From Phyllosticta citribraziliensis (lineage: Eukaryota), in contig NW_027117346.1 of NCBI RefSeq assembly GCF_038025025.1, positions 1,674,001-1,738,000 of the forward strand: 64,000 nt of DNA, read 5' to 3'. Position 1 is the first letter of the stretch, and each line of letters opens with the position of its first letter. Of this stretch, positions 11,117 through 23,017 are shown piece after piece. The notes under the pieces were generated by a model. That model did not search any database. It saw only the letters and a list, made by a program, of their open reading frames with translations, and was not told the DNA's origin. The translations under genes were made by a program, and so were the position numbers.

Positions 11117-12998
11117 CTACTTGACAGTGAAGCGGCTCCTCGCCCTCAACTTGTCGCCGTAGAAGAACAGCACATAGATGCCTCCGCAGCAGACGACGGT
11201 AAAAGCCGCCAGCAAGCTGACACCAGGACCGATGCCCAGGTTGTTGAAGAGCGGGCGGGCAAAGTGGATCGCGCCGGCCGCGACGGCGGAGCGCAAGAAG
11301 TCGTTGCCAGCAAAGAGGCTGGCGGCGTACTGCGGGTACGACAGGGGCAGGTACAGGAAGACGCACTGGATGAGGAGGAAGACGCCGACGGTGAAGACGC
11401 CCACGCCGATGACGGACACGATCCAGTGTATGCTGGCACGCGCCGTCCAGCCGAACAGGAACAGCCCGATGGGGCACAGGAAGCAGACGACGAGCGCTGG
11501 GATGAGGCGGCGCTCCGGGGCGCCCAGGCCGTGCTGCCGGATCTCGGGCTCGACCACGAAGTAGATGTACGGCCAGTAGACGGCGAGGGCGAGCACCACG
11601 CCCACGGTGATGGACAGGAACGTCAGCCCCATGGTGCCCAGCGTCATGTGGTATATTTCGATGTAGACGAGCGGGAACGCCTCGAAGAAGGAGTAGTAGA
11701 TGCCGTAGACCAGGGCGACGTAGATGGCCGTGAAGGCAATCGACGGGTCGAGCAGCATCAGCTGCATCGGCCGCCACAGCGCCTCAACCACCACGTCGTT
11801 GACCGTCATGGCCGCCTGGTCGATCTCCGATTGGGACTTGAAGCTGCGGTTGCCCGTGGTGCGGCGCAGCCTCTCTGCGCGCCTCAGCAGAATCGTGGAC
11901 CCCGAGGTCTCGGGCAGGCATAGGAACATGACGATCCAGGTGGGCCCCGCCAGCCACAGCAGCTCCCACTGCGACCATCGCCAGTTCTCGGCTGCCACGC
12001 TGAAACCCGAGATGATGGGGCCCAGGGCCGGCCCACAGGTTGCTGCCAGCGCCCACAGGCTCAGCACGTACGGCAGCTTGATGAAGCTATACATGTCCTG
12101 CAGACTTGCGCCGCCGGTTGCGAGACACGGGCTGCCGAAGAAACCGAGCAAGAAGCGCATGGCAATGAGTGTGTCGAAGTTTGGCGCCAGCGCGGCCGGG
12201 ACGAGGAGTATGACGAAGATGCCGAAGGTGATGAGGTAGGGCGGATTGCGACCGATGAAGGGTATCTCGGACAGCGGTGACCATACCAGGGGGCCTACGC
12301 CATAGGCAAGCACGTACATGGAGAGGCCCAGAGCAGATGCTTGGATTGAAACTCCGAAGGCTTCCATGACGCCCTCCTCACTGGGAGCATAGATGGCGGA
12401 GCCCATGTATACTGCGAGGGTGTAGATACTGTTGCGCGGTGAGAAGCTGTCCCAATGGAGAGCGTAGAGGAGCTTACTATATCTGGAATGCCGCAAAGGC
12501 TTTTTTGCGAAAGGTCCAGTTTTGAGGGTTGGCAGGATCATCTTCGTCATACCAATCAATCAATATCGTTCCGTCGTCGAGCTTTTGTGGCTTGATTGGT
12601 TGGCTTCGTGTTTTTTCCAGGTCTGCGGTCGTTGCTTGTCGTTCAAGGTCTGCTTGAGGAGTATTCCGAGACTCGACTTTTTCTATGCCCGAGGTCGACC
12701 TCTTGAGGCTGGGGTCGCGAGAGCGGATGGAAGCATCTGACGCAAACTTGTCCGCGTCCGTCTCTTCGCCCTCTGAGTCTGACGACTTTCTCTCTTCTAC
12801 ACCCTTGTCGAGGTCTGGGCTTGCTGGTGTGGATTCGACATCTGTTGCGTAGGACTTGTCGAGGAAAGACACTCGTTTGGCAGAGTAGCTTGGAGGCAGT
12901 TGGTAGTCTGCCCTCTCCTCTGGGTATTGTAGTAGCTTGTTGCGGGAGAAGTAGCGAATGAGCTGCCCGATTGGTGCGTCTCTGATGAGGTCCGACAT
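11117..12998 (-). CDS. MFS drug:H+ antiporter, DHA1 family (Flr1/Caf5/Mdr1-like). Predicted complement(join(11117..12428,12478..12998)); an upstream in-frame ATG at 13049 is possible
   Basis: MSDLIRDAPIGQLIR, DWY.EDDPANPQNW, WSPLSEIP.IGRN, RFLLGFFGSPCLATGGASLQD, CGPALGP, LPETS, PERRL, YAASLFAGNDF.RS. 49-nt GTAAG..CTCAC..CAG intron at 12477-12429. Confidence 0.93.
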
Positions 12999-13532
12999 TT
13001 TCGAAGCAGTGTTCTCCTGGATGGATGGAGTATTGTTTGAAGCGGTCATGGCTCCAGATGGGAAGCACTGTAGTCAATTATACTCAATGGCAGATCGGGC
13101 TTTGGCGTTTGGGGAGCACAAAATCCGGCGGAACTATCCCTTGTAAATGTAAGCGTCAAGAAAGACAGTCATAGCTTTGGATGTTGCGACATAGTGAGCC
13201 AAGCACGCTGCATGCTGCAATGGCCCGCTAAGCATGGCTTTCAGTCGGTAAAGATGCACTAGGAAAGCATGCTGCTCGGGAACCAGAGCACGTTAATAAT
13301 CGACCATGACTTGCAAGCCCATGTGCGCATATGTGGCAGGCTTGAGCGAAACGAATGCGGCTCTCCGATTCGTTTACTGGGATTACCAATCGGGCTGAAG
13401 GGCGGTCGAACTGGTCCTACGTCAGCGCTAAACTGGCGACATGGCGGATCCAAATTCTCCAGGGGACCTATTTGAACGGACGAACGCTATGCTTGTTGGA
13501 AATCCGATTTTCATTTCTGCCAAGTCTGGAGG

Positions 13533-13543
13533 CATTACTAATG
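13533..13543. promoter_or_regulatory. Candidate Yap1/AP-1 response element TTACTAA within palindrome CATTACTAATG
   Basis: Exact TTACTAA at 13535-13541, about 540 bp upstream of the DHA1 transporter. Confidence 0.5.
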
Positions 13544-13929
13544 TGAGACGAATGTCTTTGTGCGCGATATGCTTGCAGTAAGTGCGGTGAGGGCGTTGGG
13601 CGGCGGCAGTTACAGATGCGTCTTCAAGCACCTTAGTGGCAGGCCTGGGAGATGGTCAGGGCGGCCTATGGTAGTACTGCAGAGCCGTCACGGAAGTTTG
13701 CTGGTGTTGCTTGTTTTGGCAATTCGACCCGCATCCTTGCCGGGCAGCCTTTGTTCCTTTCTTTTGGTGTTCTCTAGCGTAGATGCATTTAGTCGAGGTT
13801 TTGACAAAAAAACGTGCAGCGTGACGCCTTGAGATTCGTTCAATCAACGTCGTGAGCTTAGCGTCTCAAATGAGGGCCATGATATCAAGCTCGTCCGGTC
13901 AGTGAGGAGTGCGTAGATGGCGCATCTGA

Positions 13930-13946
13930 CATCATTAGTAATGATG
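13930..13946. promoter_or_regulatory. Candidate Yap1/AP-1 response element TTAGTAA within palindrome CATCATTAGTAATGATG
   Basis: Exact TTAGTAA at 13935-13941 with 8-bp perfect arms, in the divergent MFS/WD40 promoter. Confidence 0.5.
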
Positions 13947-14291
13947 GCGGCGAGTAGGAGACCGGACCGGCGCAAGATATGGCGGCATGACAGGCGCATC
14001 AAGGACGGCGTGAAGACGGTAGAATGGTTCAACCGCGTGTTATGAGCCCAAAGATAGGATGGAGAAAAAGAAAAGGAATGGGGCTGTCTGAAAAGAAACG
14101 GAGTTGAAGTGAGTCGACACGGACATGGCAGCTTATCGCCGGACGGGAGCACGAGTTGGAGATTCTCCTCGCACGGACCACACGCGCGAGTCCCTGGCCG
14201 GTCCACGTCCACCTCAGCTTGACGCGCTTCAACCTCGACTGGTGCCACCAACTCCACCCTCCCCGCCACAACACCGCCCCGATTCAGCAAC

Positions 14292-16043
14292 ATGGCAGGT
14301 GACGACGTCGAAGTCGATCATTTTGGCGTTGACGAAGAAGCCCTGAAAAGCTTCCTTGGTGCCAGCGAATTCGGCAAGCAACAGCGCACTGCCAATGTCG
14401 AGGCGCAACTCAACCGCTCCAAGAGAGATCAGCCTGAAGTTCCGCCAGCAAATCAAACCGATCCTGGATCTTCGAGCTCCGACGGTAGTGACGACGATGA
14501 CGACAGTGACGACGATGGGGACGAGTTTCCAGTTTCTCACGAAATGGTCATGAAAACACACGAAAAAGCCGTGACGACCATAGCTCTCGACCGAGTTGGC
14601 AATCGTGTGATTACGGGGTCCAACGACTGCAACATCAAACTTCACGACTTTTCCAGCATGACGCCGACCACCATTCGCGCATTCAAATCGGTCGACCCTA
14701 CCGCGACCAAGCAATCCACCAACGTTGAATCCCATCCTGTTCACCACGTCGAGTACAATCCAAACAATGCCAGCCAGCTGCTCGTCATCAGCGCAACATC
14801 ACAACCAAGAATATTCAACAGGGACGGAGAAATCATCACCGAATTTATCAAAGGCGACATGTACCTCCGAGACTTGAACAATACCAAGGGCCACATTTCC
14901 GAGGTCACCACTGGGACGTGGCATCCGACGAATCCAGATTGGTGTATTACAGCTGGTACAGACAGTACGCTTCGCATCTGGGATGTGAACAACAAGAGGA
15001 CACAAAAGGAGGTCATTGTCTACAAATCAAAAGCTGCTGGGTCAGGGGGTCGGACACGGATGACTGCGGTTGCTTGGGCCGCTGGCGAGGAGAACAACAA
15101 CACGCTCGTGGCAGCTGCCCTTGATGGTACCCTGATCATGTGGCGTGGCTATACACCTGCCTGGCGTCCGACGGCAGAAGCAAAGGAAGCGCACACCCCA
15201 GGCACCTGGATCAGCGGAATCGACATTAGTCGCGACGGCAGGATGGTAGTCACGCGCGGCGGAGACGATACCATCAAGCTCTGGGATACTCGCAAGTTTA
15301 CGAAGCCCCTGATTACAGTGGCGCACAACTCGACCTCGACCCAATACCCGACTTCAAACATCAAGTTTTCTCCGGACGGCATGTACGTGATTACCGGGTC
15401 GGATACCGGACATTTGCACATTTTGCAAGCCGCGACGTTGAGGCCAGTCCTCGTTACACCCGTGACACCAGGCTCCCCCCTCATCACTGTCCAGTGGCAC
15501 GAGCGGCTAAACCAGATTATAACGGGCTCGGCCAACGCGGAGACGCATGTCCTCTACAATCCCGACAAGTCGCAACAAGGTGCCGTGTCGGTCATGAAGA
15601 GAGCGCCAAAGCGGCGGCACATTGACGATGACCCGACCATGACCATGGATCTTTCGCAAGGTGTCTCGGCCGACAGCATTGTCGCTCCGGGCTCGCAATC
15701 GGCCACCAGCTTTTCGGCTCGGCATCCAAATGTCGGACTCACAGCGTCGGGCAGGTCGCGCGATCCAAGGAGGCCGCACATTCCACTGGCAACGCCATTC
15801 TCCAAAAATCAGCCGGACGAAGAGCACATTCGCAAAAATATTCCTCTCAGTTCCATGCGCGAGGAGGATCCACGGGAGGCTCTGCTCAAATATGCGGAGA
15901 AGGCCAAGGAAGATCCGGTATTTACTGCGGCATGGAAGGAGACGCAACCCAAGCCGATTTTTAGGGAGCTGAGTGATGATGAGGCGGAGGAGGAAGAACC
16001 CAAGGCGAAGCGGTTGCAAAAAGAAGCGGGAAAGCGGTGGTAA
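14292..16043 (+). CDS. WD40 repeat protein, WDR70-like
   Basis: Intronless 583-aa ORF with WD repeats (TAGTDSTLRIWD, RGGDDTIKLWD), the KGDMYLRD..NTKGH motif and C-terminal EDPREALLKYA...P.FT.AW..TQP characteristic of WDR70. Confidence 0.9.
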   Translation: MAGDDVEVDHFGVDEEALKSFLGASEFGKQQRTANVEAQLNRSKRDQPEVPPANQTDPGSSSSDGSDDDDDSDDDGDEFPVSHEMVMKTHEKAVTTIALDRVGNRVITGSNDCNIKLHDFSSMTPTTIRAFKSVDPTATKQSTNVESHPVHHVEYNPNNASQLLVISATSQPRIFNRDGEIITEFIKGDMYLRDLNNTKGHISEVTTGTWHPTNPDWCITAGTDSTLRIWDVNNKRTQKEVIVYKSKAAGSGGRTRMTAVAWAAGEENNNTLVAAALDGTLIMWRGYTPAWRPTAEAKEAHTPGTWISGIDISRDGRMVVTRGGDDTIKLWDTRKFTKPLITVAHNSTSTQYPTSNIKFSPDGMYVITGSDTGHLHILQAATLRPVLVTPVTPGSPLITVQWHERLNQIITGSANAETHVLYNPDKSQQGAVSVMKRAPKRRHIDDDPTMTMDLSQGVSADSIVAPGSQSATSFSARHPNVGLTASGRSRDPRRPHIPLATPFSKNQPDEEHIRKNIPLSSMREEDPREALLKYAEKAKEDPVFTAAWKETQPKPIFRELSDDEAEEEEPKAKRLQKEAGKRW

Positions 16044-16501
16044 AGGCAGTTTTAAGTATATGACAAAAGGGGCATGCGGAGCAGTAGAAATGATACCCGT
16101 CGATAGACATGAAAAGCTATTTTTCGATAGTCGGGGTGCAGTTGAGAGTCTGGGCGTTGGACGGGCGGAGATGGCTTGCCTAGGCGGATCCCTGCTTCTC
16201 CATGTGCTCAACCCAAGACCGGGACTCTACCCTGCTGGCTGGCCCAACTCAACTTCATCCTCCACCCACCCACCCTCTCCCCTTCTGTACGTTGGCACAG
16301 GTCCGCAGAGGGCCTGTCGAGCATGGCCTTCGAGTCCAACACTCGCCGCCGCTAGACTCATGAATCCTTTGCATTCTTCGCCTTGACCCGCCATCGCCCT
16401 CCGCGCGCCGCCCCGCCATCCGTAAAAAAGCATCCCCGGCGCTCCGCGACAAACACGTCGCCAACCTTCCACGCAACCACCTCTCGCCCTCCGCCTCCGG
16501 C

Positions 16502-19172
16502 ATGATAATACCAACCGCGGCGCAACGGCCGCTGCAAGACGCCTCCGCAGTCACTCTCGCCTCGCTCGCTGCATCGACTCCTTATTACGTCAACCCGAAT
16601 CCTGCATCACCGCTCCCGACGAGACCGCGCTTCGCATTTTTGGACAAGCCCGGCGATGAAGGAGATCATAGTGGTGACTGGGCCTCCCTCATCGGCATCG
16701 TGACGGCCATCGTGGGCAATATTCTCATATCTTTTGCACTCAACACGCAAAAATACGCCCACCTACGACTTGCGCGCGAAGCCAACCAACACCGACGAGT
16801 AAGCCAGAAAGGCAGCCCCCAAATTGCTGGACGAAAGTATGCCAAGGCAAAACGGAAACCTCGCGGCAGTACAGGGAGCATACCAAGACCGGACTGGAAA
16901 GTCGCAGACGAAGCACAAGAATCCGATCCTTTGCTTTCCGACAGCCATGGATACGATCGCAGCAGTATCGACCAAGACTCCACTTCGGGCGAGGGCGAAG
17001 AGTCGGACTCATCGCTAGAAGACCAGGCAGAAGCGCTGCGCCATCCAAAGAAAAAAGCATCCTACCTGAGCAGCCCCTACTGGTGGCTTGGCATCGTGCT
17101 CATGACGGTCGGCGAGGCCGGAAATTTCCTGGCATACGGTTTTGCGCCTGCGTCCATTGTTTCTCCGCTTGGAGTGGTGGCCCTGATATCAAATTGTATC
17201 ATTGCGCCCTTCATGCTCAAAGAGCCCTTTCGCATGAGAGACTTGGCTGGCGTCTTGATTTCCATAGGCGGCGTTGTGACGGTCGTATTGTCCGCCAATG
17301 ACAACAACCCAAAGCTTGGTCCGGATGAGATTTGGCAACTCATCAAGACTTGGGAGTTCGAGACGTATCTGGGCATCACCATCTTCTTGATCATCACGTT
17401 GATGTTTGCAAGCAAGAAATATGGCCGCAAGAGCATTTTCATAGACCTAGGCCTCGTCGGCTTGTTTGGTAAGAGACTGTTACTCAGGAACTCAAAGAAA
17501 CTGCTAATCCCTCATAGGTGCCTATACAGCTCTTTCCACAAAGGGTGTAGCATCTATGTTGTCATATACCCTCTTCCGCGCTCTCACCTTTCCTATGACC
17601 TATGTCATGGTCGGCATTCTCGCTGCCACGGCCATCATGCAGATCAAGTACCTCAACCAAGCCCTGCAGCGCTTCGACGCCACCCAAGTTATCCCCACCC
17701 AATTCGTCATGTTTACTCTTTCTGTCATTCTGGGTTCTGCCGTCCTCTATCGCGACTTTGAACGTACCACTGGCAGTGACGCCGGCAAGTTCATCGGCGG
17801 CTGCGCTTTGACCTTTTCGGGAGTGTGGATCATCACCACTGGCCGGCCACGCGGGGACGAGGAAGACGTCGAACAGGACCGCGACCTTGAACGCGAGCAC
17901 GCCATTCGCCTTGCAGAAGGAGAAGAGTACGACGACGATGTAGTAGCGTACGACCCCAGCTTCGCGAAGCACTCCTCGAGACGACCATCTTCGGCAGACC
18001 ATGAGCAAGAACATCCGTCTTCCATGTCCGTATCCCACCACCGTCGTCCTTCCATGCACCGACTCACAACCCCTGCTATTATGCTGTCCGCCGAGGTTCC
18101 ATCGCAAGCCGTCACAGCCTCCAATACCCCGGCCTTTAACACGCCGGCCGCAATTGAATACGACGACGAGGACGAGACTCTCACTCGCAACCCCTGGGCA
18201 TCAGAGTCTTTGGTTTCCTCCATCTCAACTGCGCAGAATGAACCTCCTCTGTTGCATGCTACCACGTCCGCTCCAATTCTTCCCTCTGAAGCCCAGACCC
18301 TCGGCCCCAAGGAGACTCGCAAACTGGACACAAACAATGGCGACCTCGCAGTCTCCGGAGAAAATGCTCGCCCACAGACACCAAGACATCCCTCTGCGCT
18401 CACGGCCCCAACTCCATCAAAATCCCAACGTACACCAAGCCCGAGTCCTGCGAAACAGACGCCGGCCACCCAGAACGAGCGAGCCACCCCCGGGACACCC
18501 TCGACTGGACGCCCATTCAAGCGTGGTTCTATCGGTAGCCTTTTGCCAGGGCCTCTGACAAGCCCGCTCTCGGGTGGCCTCAGCGCGATCGTCGCTGATT
18601 CGCTGCGCAAAGGCGTCGAGATGCGTAGTTTGCCCATCGGCTCCTTGGAGCGGCCTCGTCGCAACACTCGCGAGCGGGGCGAGCTCCTCGGATCTTTTGG
18701 TGGCTGGCTTGGGGGGTCGGGCGTAGGTGCTGTCGCGGGCCCACGCGGTGATCCCGCAGACAACAACACCTTTGTCAGGCGCAGCACTAGCCGGCCAGGG
18801 CGCCGGCGCAGCTTGGCCGTGTTTGACTCACTGGCCATGACGGCGGAGGAGAACGGTAGCAGCGTTGGTGGCCGCCGCGGTAGCGCAAGCCTCGAAGCCA
18901 GCATCGTCAGCGGCGGTGGAAGCGTGAGCGCGGGCGCCAGCGGCACTGTCACGCCCAACGCCTCTGCTGTGTCAGCGAAGAGAGGCAGAGGCCGCAGCGC
19001 GAGCAATCCGCTCGGGGCCTTGCTGCAGCGCGTTCGCAGCCGCGAGCCCAAACCATCGTCGAGCGGGGCGGCGACGCCTCCATCGCGCAACACCGAAGTG
19101 ATCGAGGACGAGGATGTGGTGGACGGAAGAAGGCCGAAACCGTCGGCAACCAGGGCGCAGACGGAGCCATAG
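16502..19172 (+). CDS. NIPA/DUF803 family (magnesium transporter-like) membrane protein. Predicted join(16502..17468,17518..19172)
   Basis: LIGIVTAIVGNILISFALNTQKYAH, YL.SPYWWLGIVLMTVGEAGNFLAYGFAPASIVSPLG, STKG, YLNQALQRFDATQVIPTQFV. 49-nt GTAAGA..CTAAT..TAG intron restores frame. Confidence 0.92.
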
Positions 19173-20532
19173 TAGCTAGCTAGCCGGCTGTCGCAGGTGA
19201 TGGCAGCTGCTGTGGTGATCGGATTCGTAGTACAAGACGTGACGTACATGCATGGATATCAGCGCTGGAGTAGTTTGATTGGGAAATTTGACTTTTGGCA
19301 AGCGCTTGGGCCGTCGTTCTTTTTTCATAGACTATGCTTTTCGTTTTTATTCGATGAATTCTCGTTCCGTCTTTCCTTGTTTTCCTTTTGTCAGTTTGGC
19401 GTCTGTCTAGGTCGGTTGGGCGTTGGTTTGCTTTTCTCATATCCTCCTCGTCCTCCTTTGCTGGTCTGCCGTCTGTCTTTTGAGCTCACCTGTCGGATTG
19501 TACATACAACTACATCTGCCTGCCTGCTTGTCTGCCAACTACTTGCCTGCTTTGCTTGCGTGCAATGAGAGCGGTAGATTCACAGTACTTGCACGGTCAG
19601 AGAAGGAGAGGGTGGGAAAGAGAGGTAGGCGCCTTCTGTACATATACGTGTATCAAACGAGCCGCTGGCCATCTGGTCTGGCCCAGCCTGGCTTCTTGAC
19701 CTTCTACTGCACTGGAACTCCTTAAGCAGGTGACGAGCCTCTCCATCATCTCCACTATAATCTTAAATATCGCCATCTACGTAAGACAACACCGTCCATA
19801 ACTTAACCACACACTTCTAGCTCCGCGGGTCACAGACAACACAGACATGCACAACTTTTCCGTAGTTACAACTTACACCACCAGCAGTGCTCATCAAGTG
19901 CTCCCGCATGCCAAATTGACTCACCGGGTGCATCTACTGTAGAGAGTTAGCCGGCGCAGGCGGCGGCTTATATACCCACGTACGCAGGAGTCACAGGAGG
20001 CTACAGCCGTCTGCTTAAATTCACAGCAACCGTATGCCCCTGATGCAGCGGGTGATAAACAGACATGTGAGAAGGGCATGCGTCATCGTCGCCGACATCG
20101 CCACCGTCGCGGAGTATAAAGACCTGCCCTCGCGCCGCATGTTCGTCTTCTAACCAAGCACAGTCTGCTCCTGTCTTTGCAGACAAGCCTAGCTGCACAG
20201 GCACACCTTGACTGGGCGGTCGCGGTAATGAGCCTCTAAAACCTGCTACTTTTGTGGCTGTCTTTTTGGCTTGTTTGGCCATGTCTCACTCACCTTTACT
20301 TTTTCTCCTAGGTTACTTCTCTACATGTAGATGTGGTGCTGTGTAGCATTTTGCTGTGATGAAGATTGCTAGCGTGTCATTCACTGAATAGCACTGTGCG
20401 CTGACGTACACTTATGTGGGTGTTCATCATCATAGGCAAGTGCTGACGCAGGGGAAGTATCGCGGGAAATGAAAGTGAGGAGCATTAGTTGGTGTCGAAA
20501 GGAACAAGACCTGTTAACATATGTGCGTCTAG

Positions 20533-20899
20533 GGAGCATTCATTTGCTGCTACAGCTACATTTTAGGAGTATTCACTTACTGCTGTAGCTAGATCTAGGG
20601 AGCATTCGTTAACTGCTACAGCCACATGCATGGAGCATTCGTTGACTACCATGGCTGTGCCTAAGGAGCATTCAGGCACTCATTGCTATAGCTATGCTTA
20701 AGCAGCAGTCGTTCATTGCTGCAGCCAGATTTAGGGAGCATCCATTCGCTGCTACGGCTACACGCAGGGAGAATTTGTCGACTGCCATGGCTGTGTCTAA
20801 GGAGCATTCATGCACTACTAAAGTAACGCTCAAGAAGCAGTCATTCATTGCTGCGGCCAGATCCAGGAAGCATTCATTTGTTTCGATACCCGCTGTAGG
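20533..20899 (-). repeat. Degenerate 33-bp tandem array (~11 units), probably the remnant of an 11-aa-repeat coding region
   Basis: Units start at 20533, 20566, 20599, 20632, 20665 (37 nt), 20702, 20735, 20768, 20801, 20834 and 20867, each beginning with a G(G/A/C)AG(C/T/A)A.T-like head. Minus-strand consensus is NECSLDLAAA(V/M). Confidence 0.88.
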
Positions 20900-21688
20900 A
20901 GTCATGTGTAAAGACAGGCTGAGGCTGAGCCTGTCCGTTTCACCATCTTGTTCACATGAACGGCAAATGGTGCCTGCATGCCTGCCACAATTTGATGATG
21001 TCGGCACACCCAGTCAGTCGTTGACGGCTAGGAACATAGTCTGACGAGATGCTCAGCAAATCGTGTCAGCAGAAAAATCAAGCAAGAATATGTTGAGCAC
21101 CACAGGGTCAGAAGAGAAAAACCATTGACGTGCGCATAGCGCCTAGAGCCTACGAAAGCAGACCAAGCAAACATACAAGCAAGACCATCGCCGTCAATCA
21201 GACAAGAAGCAGAGTGTGAAAAGAATACAGCAAGCCAAAAGTAGCGCCCTCGCTTTTCTCGCATTTCCGTGTGTACCTCGCGTCGTCCGTCCTTTACTGT
21301 GGCATCCACATCCGTCCATAAAGCTCCGTCTCCCATTCGCAATGGCAGAACTGCGCAATCCACGCCCCGAAATCAAGTCAGTCCAATCTTGCCGAGTCGC
21401 CGCGAGCAACCCGGACGCATCTCAGAAGTCCGGAGAGAAGAGAGGAGAGATACAGCTTGCTTGCTTGTTCGTTGGTCATGTCGGGTATCGGCGTCTAGAC
21501 AATGTATGTGTCCATGGATACACGTGCGTAGCCACACATCCAGGCAGTTGCGAGAGATCAAAGCAGGTGGTGGGTACCTAGCTCAGACTGACGCGCACGC
21601 GTCGCGACCGTGGCATGCTCGAAAGCCGCTCGCTCGCGAAAGCAAGCCAAACCAATCCGAGCCCGCCTTCGCCGTCGCCGCCACCGCT

Positions 21689-22313
21689 CTAGAATTGCGA
21701 CTCGTGTTGTTGCTCCTGCTGGTCTTCGCGGGGGCGCGGCTTGCTCAGGACCTCCAGGTCACCTGGCAGTGGGAGAGAAGAGTCAGTCTTGGATTCCAAT
21801 GCATGATCGAGACTGAGAGGAATTGACTCACGCTGCCTCAACAACAGGCGCGGGATCGTCTCGCCCTCCCTCTTGTTTTGCGAAGCGTCGGCACTGACGT
21901 GCACCAGGGTCCTGGTATCAGTCAGCGTCCGCTCAGCGGCTTCATCCTCCAACGATCTGTGCCATCGACGCGGGCAAATCGCGCATGTCACACGCGCAAT
22001 ATTTGGGTGCCTTTTGTGCGAGAAGGGATGGAGATACGTACCCCTTGGGCAAGCTGAGCAACAGGCTCTTGAGCCCGTCGGTCAAACCAAACCTCGAGAC
22101 GTTGTAGAAGCTGGTTTCCGAGTTGCCCTTGTTGCCGTCCCTGCAGGCAATCGAGTACGTGATGAATTCCTCGCCCTTGGAAGACGTCCTGAGCTCCGGG
22201 TCGCGCGCGAGGCGACCAACAAGCGTGAACTTGGCGAGCTGCGAGCGCGGAGAGCTCGAGAAGCTGCGGGCGGACGCCGAAAGGGTCGTGTTGAAGCGGC
22301 GGAGGGCGAACAT
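21689..22313 (-). CDS. RIM1: Mitochondrial single-stranded DNA-binding protein. Predicted complement(join(21689..21762,21832..21911,22042..22313))
   Basis: Presequence MFALRRFNTTLSASARSFSSSPR. OB-fold motifs AKFTLVGRLARDPE, YSIA, ETSFYNV, LLSLPKG|TLVHVSADA. Two phase-consistent introns. Confidence 0.85.
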
Positions 22314-23017
22314 GGCGATTAGGTTGAATTGGGCGAGAGAGATGCGGAGATGGAAGACTGGAGGCGAATGGAGTGTGGGAGAGGTTGCCGGGTAGCTTGA
22401 GTTGTGGATGAGGTTTGGCGTAACGCGCACGGTGCGGAAGAACAGCTGACGAGCAAAAAACCCCGACGCGCCGAATGACTCGAGGTCGCAGCCGCGTAAA
22501 GGCCGGCTGACTCGGGATGCGGTACTACCTGTGACCTTTGACCTTGCAGGACATGCATCTATTTTGACAAGAATCGGAAAAGCAATTGGCTGCAGTCTAT
22601 TCTTCTGAAACGTTTACGACGATCCAGCTCAGTCTGTCTTGAAATTCGGAGCTCCAGACAAGTGTCCTCCTAGCGTCCCACCTTTTGCTCGAGATTGCAT
22701 CGCAACCCTTTGTCCTCTCCCAAACACCACGCTCTGAGAATCCCGCAGAGAATCTATCCATGTTCTGCCAAAGCTCTATTTTGCATGCCCCTGCTCGCCT
22801 GGCATCATCCAGGGCGCCAAATTGGCACTGTCAGCTTCTTCGTCTCCCAATCTCTTCATCGGTTCATCGAATGCTGGCCTCAGACCATAGCCAGCCAGCA
22901 GCTGCTGATCCAGCCACTTGCGATTAGACTGGGGAAGTAGAGTCGGATTGAGGGGGGCAAAGTACTGCGCGTCGAGCTTGGAAGAGTGGGCGGTCAAGAG
23001 CTGTGCAGTGTACGGGT

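Noticed and set aside
11039..11923. Long alternative-frame or antisense ORFs over the MFS, VRG4, F-box and DUF89 genes (also 40493-41161, 61851-62881)
   Set aside because: Expected by-products of very high GC3; the sense products carry all the family motifs.
17747..19249. 500-aa antisense ORF opposite the NIPA gene
   Set aside because: It is the codon-register shadow of a GC-rich, low-complexity sense ORF and has no recognisable motifs.
20533..20899. CRISPR-like array
   Set aside because: Units are contiguous and degenerate with no unique spacers, there are no cas genes, and the context is eukaryotic.
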